Source: Octopus sinensis (taxonomy: Eukaryota). From it: 64,000 nucleotides of DNA. The DNA lies in assembly GCF_006345805.1 (NCBI RefSeq), contig NC_043014.1, positions 9,362,001 through 9,426,000 of the forward strand. Direction: 5' to 3'. Of this stretch, positions 11,802 through 25,325 are shown piece after piece. The notes under the pieces are model-generated. The model was not told the DNA's origin and made no database searches. It saw nothing but the letters and a program-made list of their open reading frames with translations. A program made the position numbers and the translations under genes. How positions within the stretch are numbered: the stretch's first letter is position 1; each line of letters opens with the position of its first letter.

Positions 11802-11942
11802 TGTATGTATGTATGTATGTATGTATGTATGTATGTATGTATGTATGTATGTATCTATCCATCTATCCATCTATCTATGCATCCATCCATCCATCCATCC
11901 ATCCATCCATCCATCCATCCATCCATCCATCCATCCATTCAA

Positions 11943-12023
<81 letters not shown>

Positions 12024-12056
12024 CATCCATCCATCCATCCATCCATCCATCCATCC

Positions 12057-12089
<33 letters not shown>

Positions 12090-12118
12090 ACTATCTATCT
12101 AACTATCTATCTATCTTT
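11772..12118. repeat. Compound tetranucleotide microsatellite (TATG)n-(ATCC)n-(ATCT)n
   Basis: Directly visible; source of the spurious ORFs at 11773-12256. Confidence 0.98.
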
Positions 12119-13086
12119 CTATCTGTCTTTCTAAATATCTGCCTGTCTGTCAATATATCCATTTATCTGTGTGTGTGTGTGTGTGTACATGTATATGTAT
12201 GCAAACTCATCAATCATACAAATAGTTATGAGTCATTTGCGTGTCTGTATGTATGAGCTTGCGTGAGCCTATCATTTGTGTGATCCTAACGAAACTGGCA
12301 AATGAAAATATCCAATTAGTTTAGCAAACACTTTGTAAGAAACAAAGCATAACAGTCCAGTCATAAAACACTATTTTCTTCTCCACGAATAGCTATGGCT
12401 TTAAATAGATTTATAGCTAAAGTCACTTAGAAACATTTCTTCGAACAATTCCTAATTTTAAACATAACCGACGGGGATTACTGACTATATGAGAAACAAA
12501 AGCACATACAAAAAAAAAAAAAGCGCCCAGAGAATTCTAATTAAAAAAATATAATACGTCAATGAAATCAGTTCACAGATGGCTTTATACAACTTATCCA
12601 ACTTATTCAGACAGAAAATACCACTTACAATAAATAAGTGTATCATTAATTAATTTTAAACTTCAATTCAGTCAGAAAGAAACGTGTTAAAAAGCTCGTA
12701 ATCTTGTCCAAAACAACATTTTATAGAGACAATACGATAGGAATTTAAGAAAAAAAAAAAAACAATAGACCACAATGAAATGAGAACAGAACAGAATTAG
12801 ATTAAAAGACAAATCTAAAAGGAATAACTCATCTCACCTCATCAAATATACAGCGGAAAAGTATACACCACGTTACAAATACGACGAAATAAACGGAATT
12901 GTTCCAGGCAATTAACAAACAAGCTGAGCGCATTTTGAGATGCAACTTTAGGTTAAAAAAATCGTTGAAAGGATATGGAAAAATATAGAAAAATATTGAT
13001 ATATACATTAAATTTGAACATATTGCGAGCTTCTGATAGGATATGTATCATTGGCGAGGAGAGGATCTCAAAGAAAATTTTTATAT

Positions 13087-13236
13087 TTACTCTTTTACCC
13101 TTTTACTCTTTTACTTGTTTCAGTTATTTGACTCGGCCATGCTGGAGCACCGCCTTTAATCGAGCAACTCGACCCCAGGACTTATTCTTTGTAAGCCTAG
13201 TACTTATTCTATCGGTCTCTTTTGCCGAACCGCTAA
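13087..13236 (-). mobile_element. SINE family A, 3' fragment
   Basis: Reverse complement of ttagcggttcggcaaaagagaccgatag...gaaacaagtaaaagag. Confidence 0.85.
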
Positions 13237-13440
13237 TAGTTAATTCCTATCTTAACTTTGACATCCTTTCTTTTCTCACAAATTAAAATCCTTAATTCTT
13301 TCTCTTGTGGCCTTGGTAACCATGATAAACACCATTTCACACTCCTTGGTCATCATCAGCGAAGTTTGATAATAGATAAAGATGAAATATATATAATTCA
13401 ACATTCTACGATGTTACAAATTAAGACAGAATATATATAT

Positions 13441-14076
13441 CTTTATTGCCCACAAGGGGCTAAACACAGAGGGGACAAACAAGGACAGACAAACGGTTTA
13501 AGTCGATTACGTCGACCCCAGTGCGTAACTGGTACTTATTTATCGACCCCGAAAGGATGAAAGGCAAAGTCGACCTCGGCGGAATTTGAACTCGGAACGT
13601 AACGACAGACGAAATACGGCTACGCATTTCGCCCGGCGTGCTAACGTTTCTGCCAGCTCGCCGCCTTAAGACGGAATATATATATCTTTATTGCCCACAA
13701 GGGGCTAAATATAGAGGAGACAAACAAGAAATATATATATCTTTATTGCCCACAAGGGGCTAAATATAGAGGAGACAAACAAGGAATATATATATCTTTA
13801 TTGCCCACAAGGGGCTAAATATAGAGGAGACAAACAAGGAATATATATATCTTTATTGCCCACAAGGGGCTAAATATAGAGGAGAAAAACAACGACAGAC
13901 AAAGGGATTAAGTCGATTACATCGACCCCGGTGCGAAACTGGTACTTTATTTATTGATCCTTAAAGGATGAAAGGCAAAGTCGATCTCGGCGGAATTTGG
14001 ACTCAGAACGTAACGACAGACGAAATACGGCTGCACATATCACCCGGCGCGCAAACGTGTCTGCCAGCCCGCCGCC
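13441..14076 (-). mobile_element. Tandem dimer of SINE family C with a 55-bp tail-derived tandem repeat between monomers
   Basis: Monomers at 13441-13665 and 13851-14076; ctttattgcccacaaggggctaaatatagaggagacaaac starts at 13686, 13741, 13796 and 13851. Confidence 0.9.
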
Positions 14077-14173
14077 TTATTAAGACGGAATATAGAAGAC
14101 GTTAGACAGTCCTTAGGTGTAAAGACATGCTTCACGATCGTATCTCCTGTATCATCCTATTTAATTTATTAAT

Positions 14174-14338
14174 AGGCGCAGGAGTGGTTGTGTGGTAAGT
14201 AGGTTGCTAACCAACCACATGGTTCCAGGTTCAGTCCCACTGCGTGGCACCTTGGGCAAGTGTCTTCTACTATAGCCTCAAGCCGACCAAAGCCTTGTGA
14301 GTGGATTTGGAAGACGGAAACTGAAAAGAAGCCCGTCG

Positions 14339-14387
<49 letters not shown>

Positions 14388-14609
14388 CTTTGTGTGTCTG
14401 TGTTTGTCCCCCTAGCATTGCTTGACAACCGATGCTGGTGTGTTTATGTCCCCGTTACTTAGCGGTTCGGCAAAACAGACCGATAGAATAAGTACTGGGC
14501 TTACAAAAGAATAAGTCCCGGGGTCGAGTTGCTCGATTAAAGGTGGTGCTCCAGCATGGCCGCAGTCAAATGGCTGAAACAAGTAAAAGAGTAAAGAGAG
14601 TAGAGTAAC
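14174..14609 (+). mobile_element. SINE family A, full length
   Basis: Head, internal (TA)n(TG)n and tail present; its 3' half is duplicated at ~15335-15584. Confidence 0.9.
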
Positions 14610-14687
14610 TGTGAACATTTTATTCATACAAACATCTGTGAACAAGTGTGTATGTACCTAGTCCTAAATGTCTGTATGTGTTTTAAG

Positions 14688-15062
14688 TGGAGGCGCAGTG
14701 GTTAGGGCAGCGGACTCGCGGTCATAGGATTACGGTTTCGATTCCCAGATCGGGCGTTGTGAGTGTTTATTGAGCGAAAACACCTAAAGCTCCACGAGGC
14801 TTCGGCAGGGATGGTGGTGATCCCTGCTGTACTCTTTCACCACAACTTTCTCTCACTCTTACTTCCTGTTTCTGTTGTACCTGTATTTCAAAGAGCCGGC
14901 CTTGTCACACTCTGTGTCACGCTGAATATTCCCGAGAACTACGTTAAAGGTACACGTGTCTGTGGAGTGCTCAGCCACTTACACGTTAATTTCACGAGCA
15001 GGCTGTTCCGTTGATTCGGATCAACCGGAACCCTCGTCGTCGTAGCCGACGGAGTGCTTCCA
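14688..15062 (+). mobile_element. SINE family B, full length
   Basis: 12-bp TSD ATGTGTTTTAAG at 14676-14687 and 15066-15077. Confidence 0.9.
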
Positions 15063-15149
15063 TCCATGTGTTTTAAGAATGTCATGTATATGTTAGTCCA
15101 TCTGTGCCTATGCATACTACATTTTCTTTTAAGTTTACGGTAATTTAAA

Positions 15150-15275
15150 TATAATCAGCCGCAATTGCGAGGATGATCCGGTTCTTGACTGAAGATTGAA
15201 GGGTTCGAATGTCCCGTCCGTGTTTTTTGTATCGTCTTCTAAATGTTTTACGTTCTTGTCCCAGTTTGTATTTTT
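15150..15275. mobile_element. Probable Penelope-like terminal fragment (duplicated at ~16125-16250)
   Basis: CTGAAGA..GAA-GGG-TTC-GAA-T-GTC resembles a decayed hammerhead; flanked by (TA)n like the other PLE-type remnants here. Confidence 0.35.
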
Positions 15276-15278
15276 TAC

Positions 15279-15316
<38 letters not shown>

Positions 15317-15319
15317 TAT

Positions 15320-15360
<41 letters not shown>

Positions 15361-15661
15361 ATCTTTGTGTGTCTGTGTTTGTCCCCCTAGCATTGCTTGA
15401 CAACCGATGCTGGTGTGTTTATGTCCCCGTTACTTAGCGGTTCGGCAAAACAGACCGATAGAATAAGTACTGGGCTTACAAAAGAATAAGTCCCGGGGTC
15501 GAGTTGCTCGATTAAAGGTGGTGCTCCAGCATGGCCGCAGTCAAATGGCTGAAACAAGTAAAAGAGTAAAGAGAGTAGAGTAACTGTGAACATTTTATTC
15601 ATACAAACATCTGTGAACAAGTGTGTATGTACCTAGTCCTAAATGTCTGTATGTGTTTTAA

Positions 15662-16036
15662 GTGGAGGCGCAGTGGTTAGGGCAGCGGACTCGCGGTCAT
15701 AGGTTACGGTTTCGATTCCCAGATCGGGCGTTGTGAGTGTTTATTGAGCGAAAACACCTAAAGCTCCACGAGGCTTCGGCAGGGATGGTGGTGATCCCTG
15801 CTGTACTCTTTCACCACAACTTTCTCTCACTCTTACTTCCTGTTTCTGTTGTACCTGTATTTCAAAGAGCCGGCCTTGTCACACTCTGTGTCACGCTGAA
15901 TATTCCCGAGAACTACGTTAAAGGTACACGTGTCTGTGGAGTGCTCAGCCACTTACACGTTAATTTCACGAGCAGGCTGTTCCGTTGATTCGGATCAACC
16001 GGAACCCGTCGTCGTATAGCCGACGGACAGCTTCCA
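15662..16036 (+). mobile_element. SINE family B, duplicated copy
   Basis: Second copy inside the 975-bp duplication. Confidence 0.9.
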
Positions 16037-16252
16037 TCCATGTGTTTTAAGAATGTCATGTATATGTTAGTCCATCTGTGCCTATGCATACTACATTTTC
16101 TTTTAAGTTTACGGTAATTTAAATATAATCAGCCGCAATTGCGAGGATGATCCGGTTCTTGACTGAAGATTGAAGGGTTCGAATGTCCCGTCCGTGTTTT
16201 TTGTATCGTCTTCTAAATGTTTTACGTTCTTGTCCCAGTTTGTATTTTTTAC

Positions 16253-16302
<50 letters not shown>

Positions 16303-16494
16303 TATATATATATGGTGTGTGTGGTGTGTGTGGTGTGTGTGTTGTGTGTGTGTGTGTGTGTGTATTCGTGCCAACACGTGAAGCTCTGGGACCATGAGTC
16401 ACTCTCTTCTGCAAATATTTAGTAAGAATGTGCATATGCTCACATTTTGAAGTCTAATATTCCTTTTTTGTATTACGATACCTATAGCAGTAGT

Positions 16495-16529
<35 letters not shown>

Positions 16530-17005
16530 TAGTAGTAGTTTTTAGTTTTAGTAGTAGTAGCTTCTCTCTGTGTATGTAGGTAAACACATGCATCCGTGTT
16601 TGTATATATGTAATAATACTTGTTTGGGGGCGCAGGTGTTAATCTTATTACATTTATATAATGGCTTATCTCATCTCCCCAACGAAGTCACAAAATGGTG
16701 GCTTCGTATAAACATACCAGACGACTCCTTAATTACATCGATGTATATGACAGCTCTGGATAAATGTGAAACTATCAATTCAGCTGTTTTAGCAAAGGAA
16801 GACACGTGGTGTCAAGGAACAGGAAATATGTAGCCAGAATGCCTTATGAGAGATATTTCATTACTTAATCTTGTTTATTTATCTATATATCGACGTATTC
16901 TGTTTTGGCTTATTGAATAAAATTTAGAATATACAATCCGAGCGAAAAATGTTCTTGTTTCTTTTCTTTTAACTGTGATATGTAAGGGAAATGTTATTAA
17001 GTATT

Positions 17006-17176
17006 AGGCGTCGGAATGGCTGTGTGGTAAGTAGCTTGCTTACCAACTACATGGTTGTGGGTTCAGTCCCACTGCGTGACACCTTGGGCATGTGTCTTCT
17101 ACTATAGGCTCGGGCCAACCAAAGCCTCTGAATGGATTTGGTAGACGTAAATGAAGTCCGTCGTATATAAGCATAT

Positions 17177-17251
<75 letters not shown>

Positions 17252-17460
17252 TTTGTGTGTCTATGTTTGTCTCCCCAACACCGCTTGACAACCGATACTG
17301 GTGTGTTTACGTCCCCGTAACTTAGCGGTGTTCGGCAAAAGAGACCGGTAGAATAAGTACTAGGCTTTACAAAGAATAAGTCCTGCGGTCGATTTCCTAG
17401 ACTAAAGGCGTTGCTCCAGCATGGCCACGGTCAAATAACTGAAACAAGTAAAAGAGTAAG
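17006..17460 (+). mobile_element. SINE family A
   Basis: Head, internal microsatellite and tail present. Confidence 0.9.
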
Positions 17461-18019
17461 TAAATTTACAAGAGGTGTATAATCTCTGGAATATGTTTCC
17501 ATTTAGCAGAGTCCTCGTATTTCTACTTCAAGATTCGCTGCATGCTAATACAGAGGAAATAATAATAACGATACGCTGTGTCAGCTAATACCTCAAGACA
17601 TAAAATTTTCGGCTAATCTGTTGAAAGGATACCGACGAAACGATTGTAGTATGATGTAATAAATCGTATTGATCAATCCAGTCACTCTTTTTAAATTCAT
17701 TTTTACAAGTATATTCAACTGACGAAGGCAGAGCTTCTCTGATGCAAAGCCAGAAATCCAGGATCTTGAATATATCCAGAAAAATCTTTTTTGCTAGTTT
17801 ATTTTGTCTCTGTCTTCTCTCCTAGCGCGACATGAACATTTAAGGTGGTTCTAGGGTCAGGATTTTGACTGCTATTTTAGCATGGTGGTATCTCTCAGAT
17901 ACCCTAATTTATAGTTTTAAATAATTATTAACTTTGTATAGATCTATGTATATATATATATATATACGTTTAAATATTTGTTGTGCAAGATTTTTTATGT
18001 GAAGTCGTGTGTTGAAACA

Positions 18020-18182
18020 TATATTGTTATAATTCGGAATGGTCATTTTGCCAGTTTAGCCAATAAGATTAAGATTAATGTAAAAAATAAATAACACTGA
18101 AGCAAAATAACACCAAATACATAGTGCGTGTGTTTTTATTGGCTAAACTGGCAAAATGACCATTCCGAAATATAACAATATA
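18020..18182. repeat. 47-bp inverted repeat with 69-bp spacer (probable Penelope-like remnant)
   Basis: tatattgttataattcggaatggtcattttgccagtttagccaataa (18020-18066) vs its reverse complement at 18136-18182, one mismatch. Confidence 0.9.
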
Positions 18183-18558
18183 TATATATATATATAACAA
18201 GAAAACACAGAAAAAACACAGCAACGCGAGGACGTGGAACAATTAAAGTATTATTTGACGCTCAGGAAAGAAGGGAAGGAGGGTTTATATATATATGTAT
18301 CTGTTGTGTGTGTGCGTGTAAGAATACATATGTATGCGTATGAATATATATATATATATGTATTGTATACATATATGTGTGTGTGTGGAGTGATCAGGCT
18401 GCCCCACTGATCGTGTCAACTGGATACTTTGTCGTCATGGAAGGAGTGTCAAAACATGTGTGTGAGTGTGTATATATATATGTGTATACACACAAAAACA
18501 CACACACACACACATATATATATATACATACATACACACAGATACATACATATATCTA

Positions 18559-18616
<58 letters not shown>

Positions 18617-19010
18617 CATACATACATATACTTATAGATATATACATATGTATATGCATATATATGCACTGTTGAATTGTTAGATAGTTACGTAAATAGA
18701 TATATACAAAAACCAATATTTACAGTTGTATCCCTGGAGGCCTAAGAGGCTTTCACTTATCTAAAATTGTTAACATTAACTTCTTCCTATAATTAAATTG
18801 CTTTAGACTCAGAGTTTACCAGAATAAAATTTTTGAATATATTCTTGTCTACAATATTCACCTTGTTTCAAATTTGAACGGAAAGTAGAATACAAACTGT
18901 TATTTTCATAATTACCCTGCTCGTGTTGTAGCAGTGAATTCAAAAGTGGAATGTATTCACCCCATTATTTATTATGCTACGAAAATTATGCTATTGTAAA
19001 TATTTATAAA

Positions 19011-20078
19011 GGCGGCGAGCTGGCAGAAACGTTGGCACGCCGGGCGAAATTGTAAGCGATATTTCGTCTGCCGTTACGTTCTGAGTTCAAATTCCGCCGA
19101 GCTCGACTTTGCCTTTCATCATTTCGAGGTCGATAAATTAAGTACCAGTTATGCACTGGAGACGATGTAATCGACTTAATCCTTTTTACTGTCCTTTTTT
19201 GTCCTCTCTGTGTTTTGCCCCTTGTGGGTAGTAAAAAAATAGGTATTTCGTCTGCCACTACATTCTGAGTTCAAATTCCACCGAGGTCAACGTTGCTTTC
19301 GTCCTTTCGGGGTCGATTAAATAAGTACCAGTAACGCACAGGGGTCCATGTAATCGTCTTAATCCGTTTGTCTGTCATTTTTTGTCCTCTCTGTGTTTTG
19401 CCCCTTGTGGGTAGTAAAAAAATAGGTATTTCGTCTGCCGCTACGCTCTGAGTTCAAATTCCGCCGAGGTCAACGTTGCTTTCAACCTTTCGGGGTCGAT
19501 TAAATAAGTACCAGTAACGCACTGGGGTCAATGTAATCGACTTAATCTGTTTGTCTGTCCTTGTTTGTCTCCTCTGTGTTAACTCCTTGTGGGTAGTAAA
19601 GAAACGAGTATTTCCTCGGTCTTTACGTTTTGAGTTCAAATTCCGCCGAGGTCGACTTTGCCTTTCATCATTTCGGCGTCCATAAATTAAGTACCAGTTG
19701 CGCACTGGAGTCGATCCAATCGACTGGCCCCGTACCCTCAAACTTTTGGGCCTTGTACTTAGAGCAGAAAAGAATATTTTAAATCCGGTGAGCTGGCAGA
19801 AACGTTAGCATGCTGGACGAAATGCTTAGCGGTATTTCGTCTGCCGCTACGTTCTGAGTTCAAATTCCGTCGAGGTCGACTTTGCCTTTCGTCATTTCGG
19901 GGTCGATAAATTAAGTACCAGTTACGCACTGGGGTCGATGTAATTTTCTTAATACGTTTACCTGTCCTTGTTTGTCCTCTCTGTGTTTAGCTTCCTGCGT
20001 GTAGTAAAGAAACAGGTATTTCGTCTGTCTCTAAGTTCTGAGTTCAAATTACACCGAAGTCGACTTTGCTTTTCATTC
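19011..20078 (+). mobile_element. SINE family C multimers (head plus 4 body units, then head plus 1.3 units)
   Basis: Heads at 19011 and ~19787; body starts at 19060, 19244, 19427 and 19609 (period 182-184). Confidence 0.92.
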
Positions 20079-20317
20079 ATTCGTGAATGACCAGCAGTGG
20101 CCGGTCTCTACCTGCCACCACTCTGCAGGCCACCGGTACACTGGCATGGCTGCAGGCAGATGATTGAAGCTAGTCAATGAATAAATACTAGAGAATTGCG
20201 TCAGTTTCAGAGTTCCAAATACACCCCAGGTGGTTTTAGTCGGCTGGTAAAAGATGTCCACCCAAGGAAGGAAGCAGTGAGACCGAAATGAAAGCCAAGT
20301 GTTTCAGAAGCAATTTT

Positions 20318-21075
20318 TATTTCTTTATTGCCCACAAGGAGCTAAACATAGAAGGGACAAACAAGGACAGACATAGGTACTAAGTCGATTACATCGACCC
20401 CAGTACGTAACTGGTACTTAATTTATCGATTCCGAAAGGATGAAAGACAAAGTCGACCTCGGCGGAATTTGAACTCAGAACGTAACGGCAGACGAAATAC
20501 CTATTTCTTTACTACCCAGAAGGGGATAAACACAGAGGGGACAAACAAGCACAGACAAACGGATTAAGTCGATTACACTGATCCCAGTGCGTAACTGGTA
20601 CTTTGTTTATCGACCCCGAAAGGATGAAAGGCAAAGTCGACCACGGCGGAATTTGAACTCAGAACGTGACGGCAGACGAAATACCTATCTCTTTACTACC
20701 CAGAAGGGGATAAACACAGAGGAGACAAACAAGGACAGACAAACGGATAGAGTCTATTACATCGACCCCAGTGCGTAACTGGTACTTACTTTATCGACCC
20801 CGAAAGGATGAAAGGCAAAGTCGACCACGGCGGAATTTGAATTCAGAACGTAACGGCAGACGAAATACCTATTTCTTTACTACCCACATGGGGATAAACA
20901 CAGAGAGGACAAACAAGGACAGACAAACGGATTAAGTCGATAACATCGACCCCAGTGCGTAACTGGTACTTAATTTATCGACCCCGAAAGGATGAAAGGC
21001 AAAGTCGACCTCGGCGGAATTTGAACTCAGAACGTAATGGCAGACGTAATTCAGAACGCTAAGCATTTCGCCGCC
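20318..21075 (-). mobile_element. SINE family C tetramer flanked by a 14-bp TSD
   Basis: Four ~184-bp body units; TTCAGAAGCAATTT at 20303-20316 and 21081-21094. Confidence 0.92.
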
Positions 21076-21759
21076 TTTTATTCAGAAGCAATTTCTTTTT
21101 TATCGCACAGCCATGCCTGTTTTTATTCTCTCTCCCCACCTCTTCTCGCTCTCTCTCCCAAATCCTTACAGATAAACACATTTTTCAAAAGCTGAACCTT
21201 TTTTCCTTGGGAAAATTAAATTGTACGTATTATTGATCATAAACACAACATAGTTAAAAAAAAACCTGGACACACAGAACATCTGCATAGTGGATGTAAA
21301 GTTATTTAAGGCGTAAATACAATTTTTTATGTTAGAATGAACAATTTTAAAAGATATCTAGGCACAAGTGTTGCTTAGTTATCAATCCACGTATTGATTA
21401 TTGATATTAATCATCAGTAATATACGTATCGATACTCAAATACATGTGTGTGTTGAAATCCAATGATCAATATGCGTATGAAATAATATATGATCACATA
21501 TTTTTGATATTTCATATATAATTACATTAAATATATTGGAGAACCCGCTGCAGGATGGATCCATATGTGTATAATCGATATGTAGTACACCTATGGTGGA
21601 TAACCGTTGATTTATTGGTTTGTATTTACATAAGATAGAAGAGTTAAATAACCTATATATCCATATACAAAGATATCCATAAATCCATACCTGCATGTAA
21701 ATCTATAAAGGTATGTGCAAATATTGAAACGTAGAAATGCCAATGGCTATGGGTGTATA

Positions 21760-21800
21760 TAATATATATATATATATATATCCGTGTGTGTGCTTGTGTC

Positions 21801-21855
<55 letters not shown>

Positions 21856-22075
21856 TATATATTTAAATATATATATTATCAACTAATATATATATATATA
21901 GATATATATAGATATATATATATATATATATTATAACATATATATATATATATAGATATTATATATTATATATATAAATATCGCCAGGGGGTGCTATTAA
22001 GTTAGACATGGCCTGGGCCAATACTGACCAAAACCTTTCTAAGTTATTCTAAGTTATATATATATATATATTAAC

Positions 22076-22133
<58 letters not shown>

Positions 22134-22215
22134 ATATATATATAGAATTTTATATATATATACACATAGACACAAACACACACACACACACATATACATA
22201 TATATATATATATAT
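21760..22215. repeat. (TA)n-rich compound microsatellite
   Basis: Directly visible. Confidence 0.95.
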
Positions 22216-22746
22216 GCATATCTATCTGTTTGTCTATGTCCCTCTCTCTTTATACATAATTACGTAATACACACAAACACATGTATCTTCTACGTTCGCA
22301 TATGTATCACTGCATTTCTGTTTCACTGCTGTTCTACTCTGCTCGCAAGAAATATCTTATTAACACCGCAGGCCACCATCTTTGTTGTGTATATTCCTCA
22401 TACCACGAACTCACACTTGTATTTCTTTCATCATCAAACAATCAATTAATCTTGCGTCTAGATTCATTCAATAAAAGCAGACGATAAATCATTAAACAGA
22501 GAGCTTTGTATTTTTGACTCCAACGTACGATAGACTTACATTATTTGTATGTCCGACCAGTAGCCTAAAGTACAACACTTGTAAGAGAAAAATATTCATA
22601 TATACGGGCTAATATTGACCCGCTCAGCTGCTACGCTATTGAAATCATGGAAATAGCAATCATAACGTTGCTATTATGTTAAACTATCGTATGTTCAAAT
22701 TTGGTCAAATGCTTTTTTTATTTTTTCAATATTTATTTTTGCTTAA

Positions 22747-22927
22747 GGTGGCGAGCTAGCAGAAATGTTAGTACGCCGGGCGAAATGCGTAGCCGTATTT
22801 CGTCTGCCGTTACGTTCCGAGTTCAAATTCCGCTGAAGCCGACTTTGCCTTTCATCCTTTCGAGGTCGATAAAGTAAGTACCAGTTACGCACTGGGGTCG
22901 ATGTAATCGCCTTAATCCGTTTGTATG
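22747..22927 (+). mobile_element. SINE family C monomer, 3'-truncated
   Basis: Head, B box and core present. Confidence 0.88.
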
Positions 22928-23187
22928 TTCCTCATACATCTTTAAATCTCTTCTGTTTCAGCTATTTGCCACAACTTTTCCTCTCAATGCGCCGTCAAAC
23001 CCGCAATTAGGTTTTGTGTAGGTGAAGTCAACCAGTATGACAAAGCGCTGAAACGCAACAGCATTAATGCACCAGAACTTTGAAAATACATTTTCATGTA
23101 TCAAATCCCAATATAGCTAAAACGCATTTACCCTGTGTATCACATATTAGAACGACCCAAAACATATTCCCTAAAAAATATATCTAT

Positions 23188-23805
<618 letters not shown>

Positions 23806-24271
23806 ACTCATGCACGCAGATTTGTCAATCGTGATATATTATATAGGATAACATATACAAATTTCTCAAGAGGGCGAATAATCTTGCTTCTATGTAGCGA
23901 TTTATTTATACCTCGATCAACAAAACATATCCGATTTCATGTGAAGCATATTCTAAGTTTTTCTATACATGCTCGAGAATATTGAAAAACAGATAGTATA
24001 TCTATTCTGACCTCTAGGCTTATACGTGACAAAACTATTTCCGATATACGAATGCTTCAGGGCGTGTTTTTTTCTGATATATATATATACTGAAATTAGA
24101 TAGCGTAATATATCAAGTCGGCTTATATTCTTTATATATTGCTTACCATTTTTTTTAATGAATGGAAGCGATAGACGTACGTGTCATAAAGTGTCTGCTA
24201 GTAACTTAGTCTTTTACAAAATGCAAAAAAATATTTTACAACGGTGATTACAATCTTACATTATTGTTATT

Positions 24272-24293
24272 AATAGTATTATTATTGTTGTAG

Positions 24294-24378
<85 letters not shown>

Positions 24379-24473
24379 CGTCAATAGCAAGAACATTAGT
24401 AACAGCAACTACTGTAGTTTCAGTACTAGTAGTAGTAACAAAAAACAACAACGACAACAACGATACTAGCAGC

Positions 24474-24520
<47 letters not shown>
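24272..24520. repeat. (TTA)n and (TAA)n trinucleotide microsatellites in opposite orientation
   Basis: (TTA)n at ~24296-24375 and (TAA)n at ~24478-24520. Confidence 0.95.
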
Positions 24521-24521
<1 letters not shown>

Positions 24522-24534
24522 TTATTCATAAACT

Positions 24535-24744
24535 TCTTCATTTACTAACGATAGAAAAATACTCCATTTGGTCTGTACGTACGTGTGTGTATGTGTGTGT
24601 TTTGCTCATATATATATATATATCAATTTCAACGGATTACGCCCAAATTTGACGTCGATGTTACTTAGTTGGGTTTGAAATAAAGAACTTGATTAGTTTA
24701 ATAGTCGTAACTTAATCCCGGGCAAAGCCGGGTTCACTGCTAGT

Positions 24745-24753
<9 letters not shown>
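24535..24753 (+). mobile_element. Non-autonomous Helitron, 3' terminus (5' end uncertain)
   Basis: Hairpin CCCGG-GCAAAG-CCGGG followed by ..TGCTAG|T at 24750-24754. Confidence 0.6.
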
Positions 24754-24802
<49 letters not shown>

Positions 24803-25325
24803 GTAACAAAAACGCAAAGAGGACAATAAAACATTCGGAGAGATAGTCGATACAAAGGTGGACAGGAGAAACAAAGATTAGGAAAGGGAAAAATAGACGG
24901 GTCATTTGTGGTCTTCTTTCCTCAGTCAGATATACCAGAAGTCCTTTCTGTTTCGGGCAGTTACACTTGAGAACAGTTCGATCTGATTGCTACCCCGCAC
25001 CAAAAAAGTTTAAGTTAAGACCATTAGACTCAATGAATTTTACTTTACTCAAGGTATTTACTTGCTTCTTGGTAAAATGTCGTTAATTCTCCAGGTCCCT
25101 TCAATATTCTGTCTGCTAATTCCTTACATATATATATAAATATAATCTGCATTTAAGTTTTCAGGTTTTCAGTATGAACAAATTGAATATTTTCTATCAT
25201 TAGTAAATGAAGAAATATTATGATTACCTTCATTGTTATTAAATCGACTTAAAAAGTCAACCTCCAGGAGAGAATATGCAGAAAAAGAATCGATTTTTAA
25301 AAATAAGATTTAAAAATATAGAATA

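Larger units (their letters stand above)
14341..16290. repeat. ~975-bp tandem duplication bounded by (TA)n tracts
   Basis: Identical ORFs at offset 974-975 (14412/15387, 14763/15737, 15196/16170); near-identical sequence throughout. Confidence 0.95.

Noticed and set aside
11773-12256. Long ORFs with [12 protein letters not shown] repeats (also 23284-23774, 35504-36385, 42680-42996, 48530-49399, 60818-61398, 63084-63950)
   Set aside because: Translations of stop-free microsatellites; no coding evidence.
15185-15225. CTGAAGA...GAA-T-GTC possible hammerhead (duplicated near 16160)
   Set aside because: GAAA is incomplete and stem I does not pair; at best a decayed remnant.
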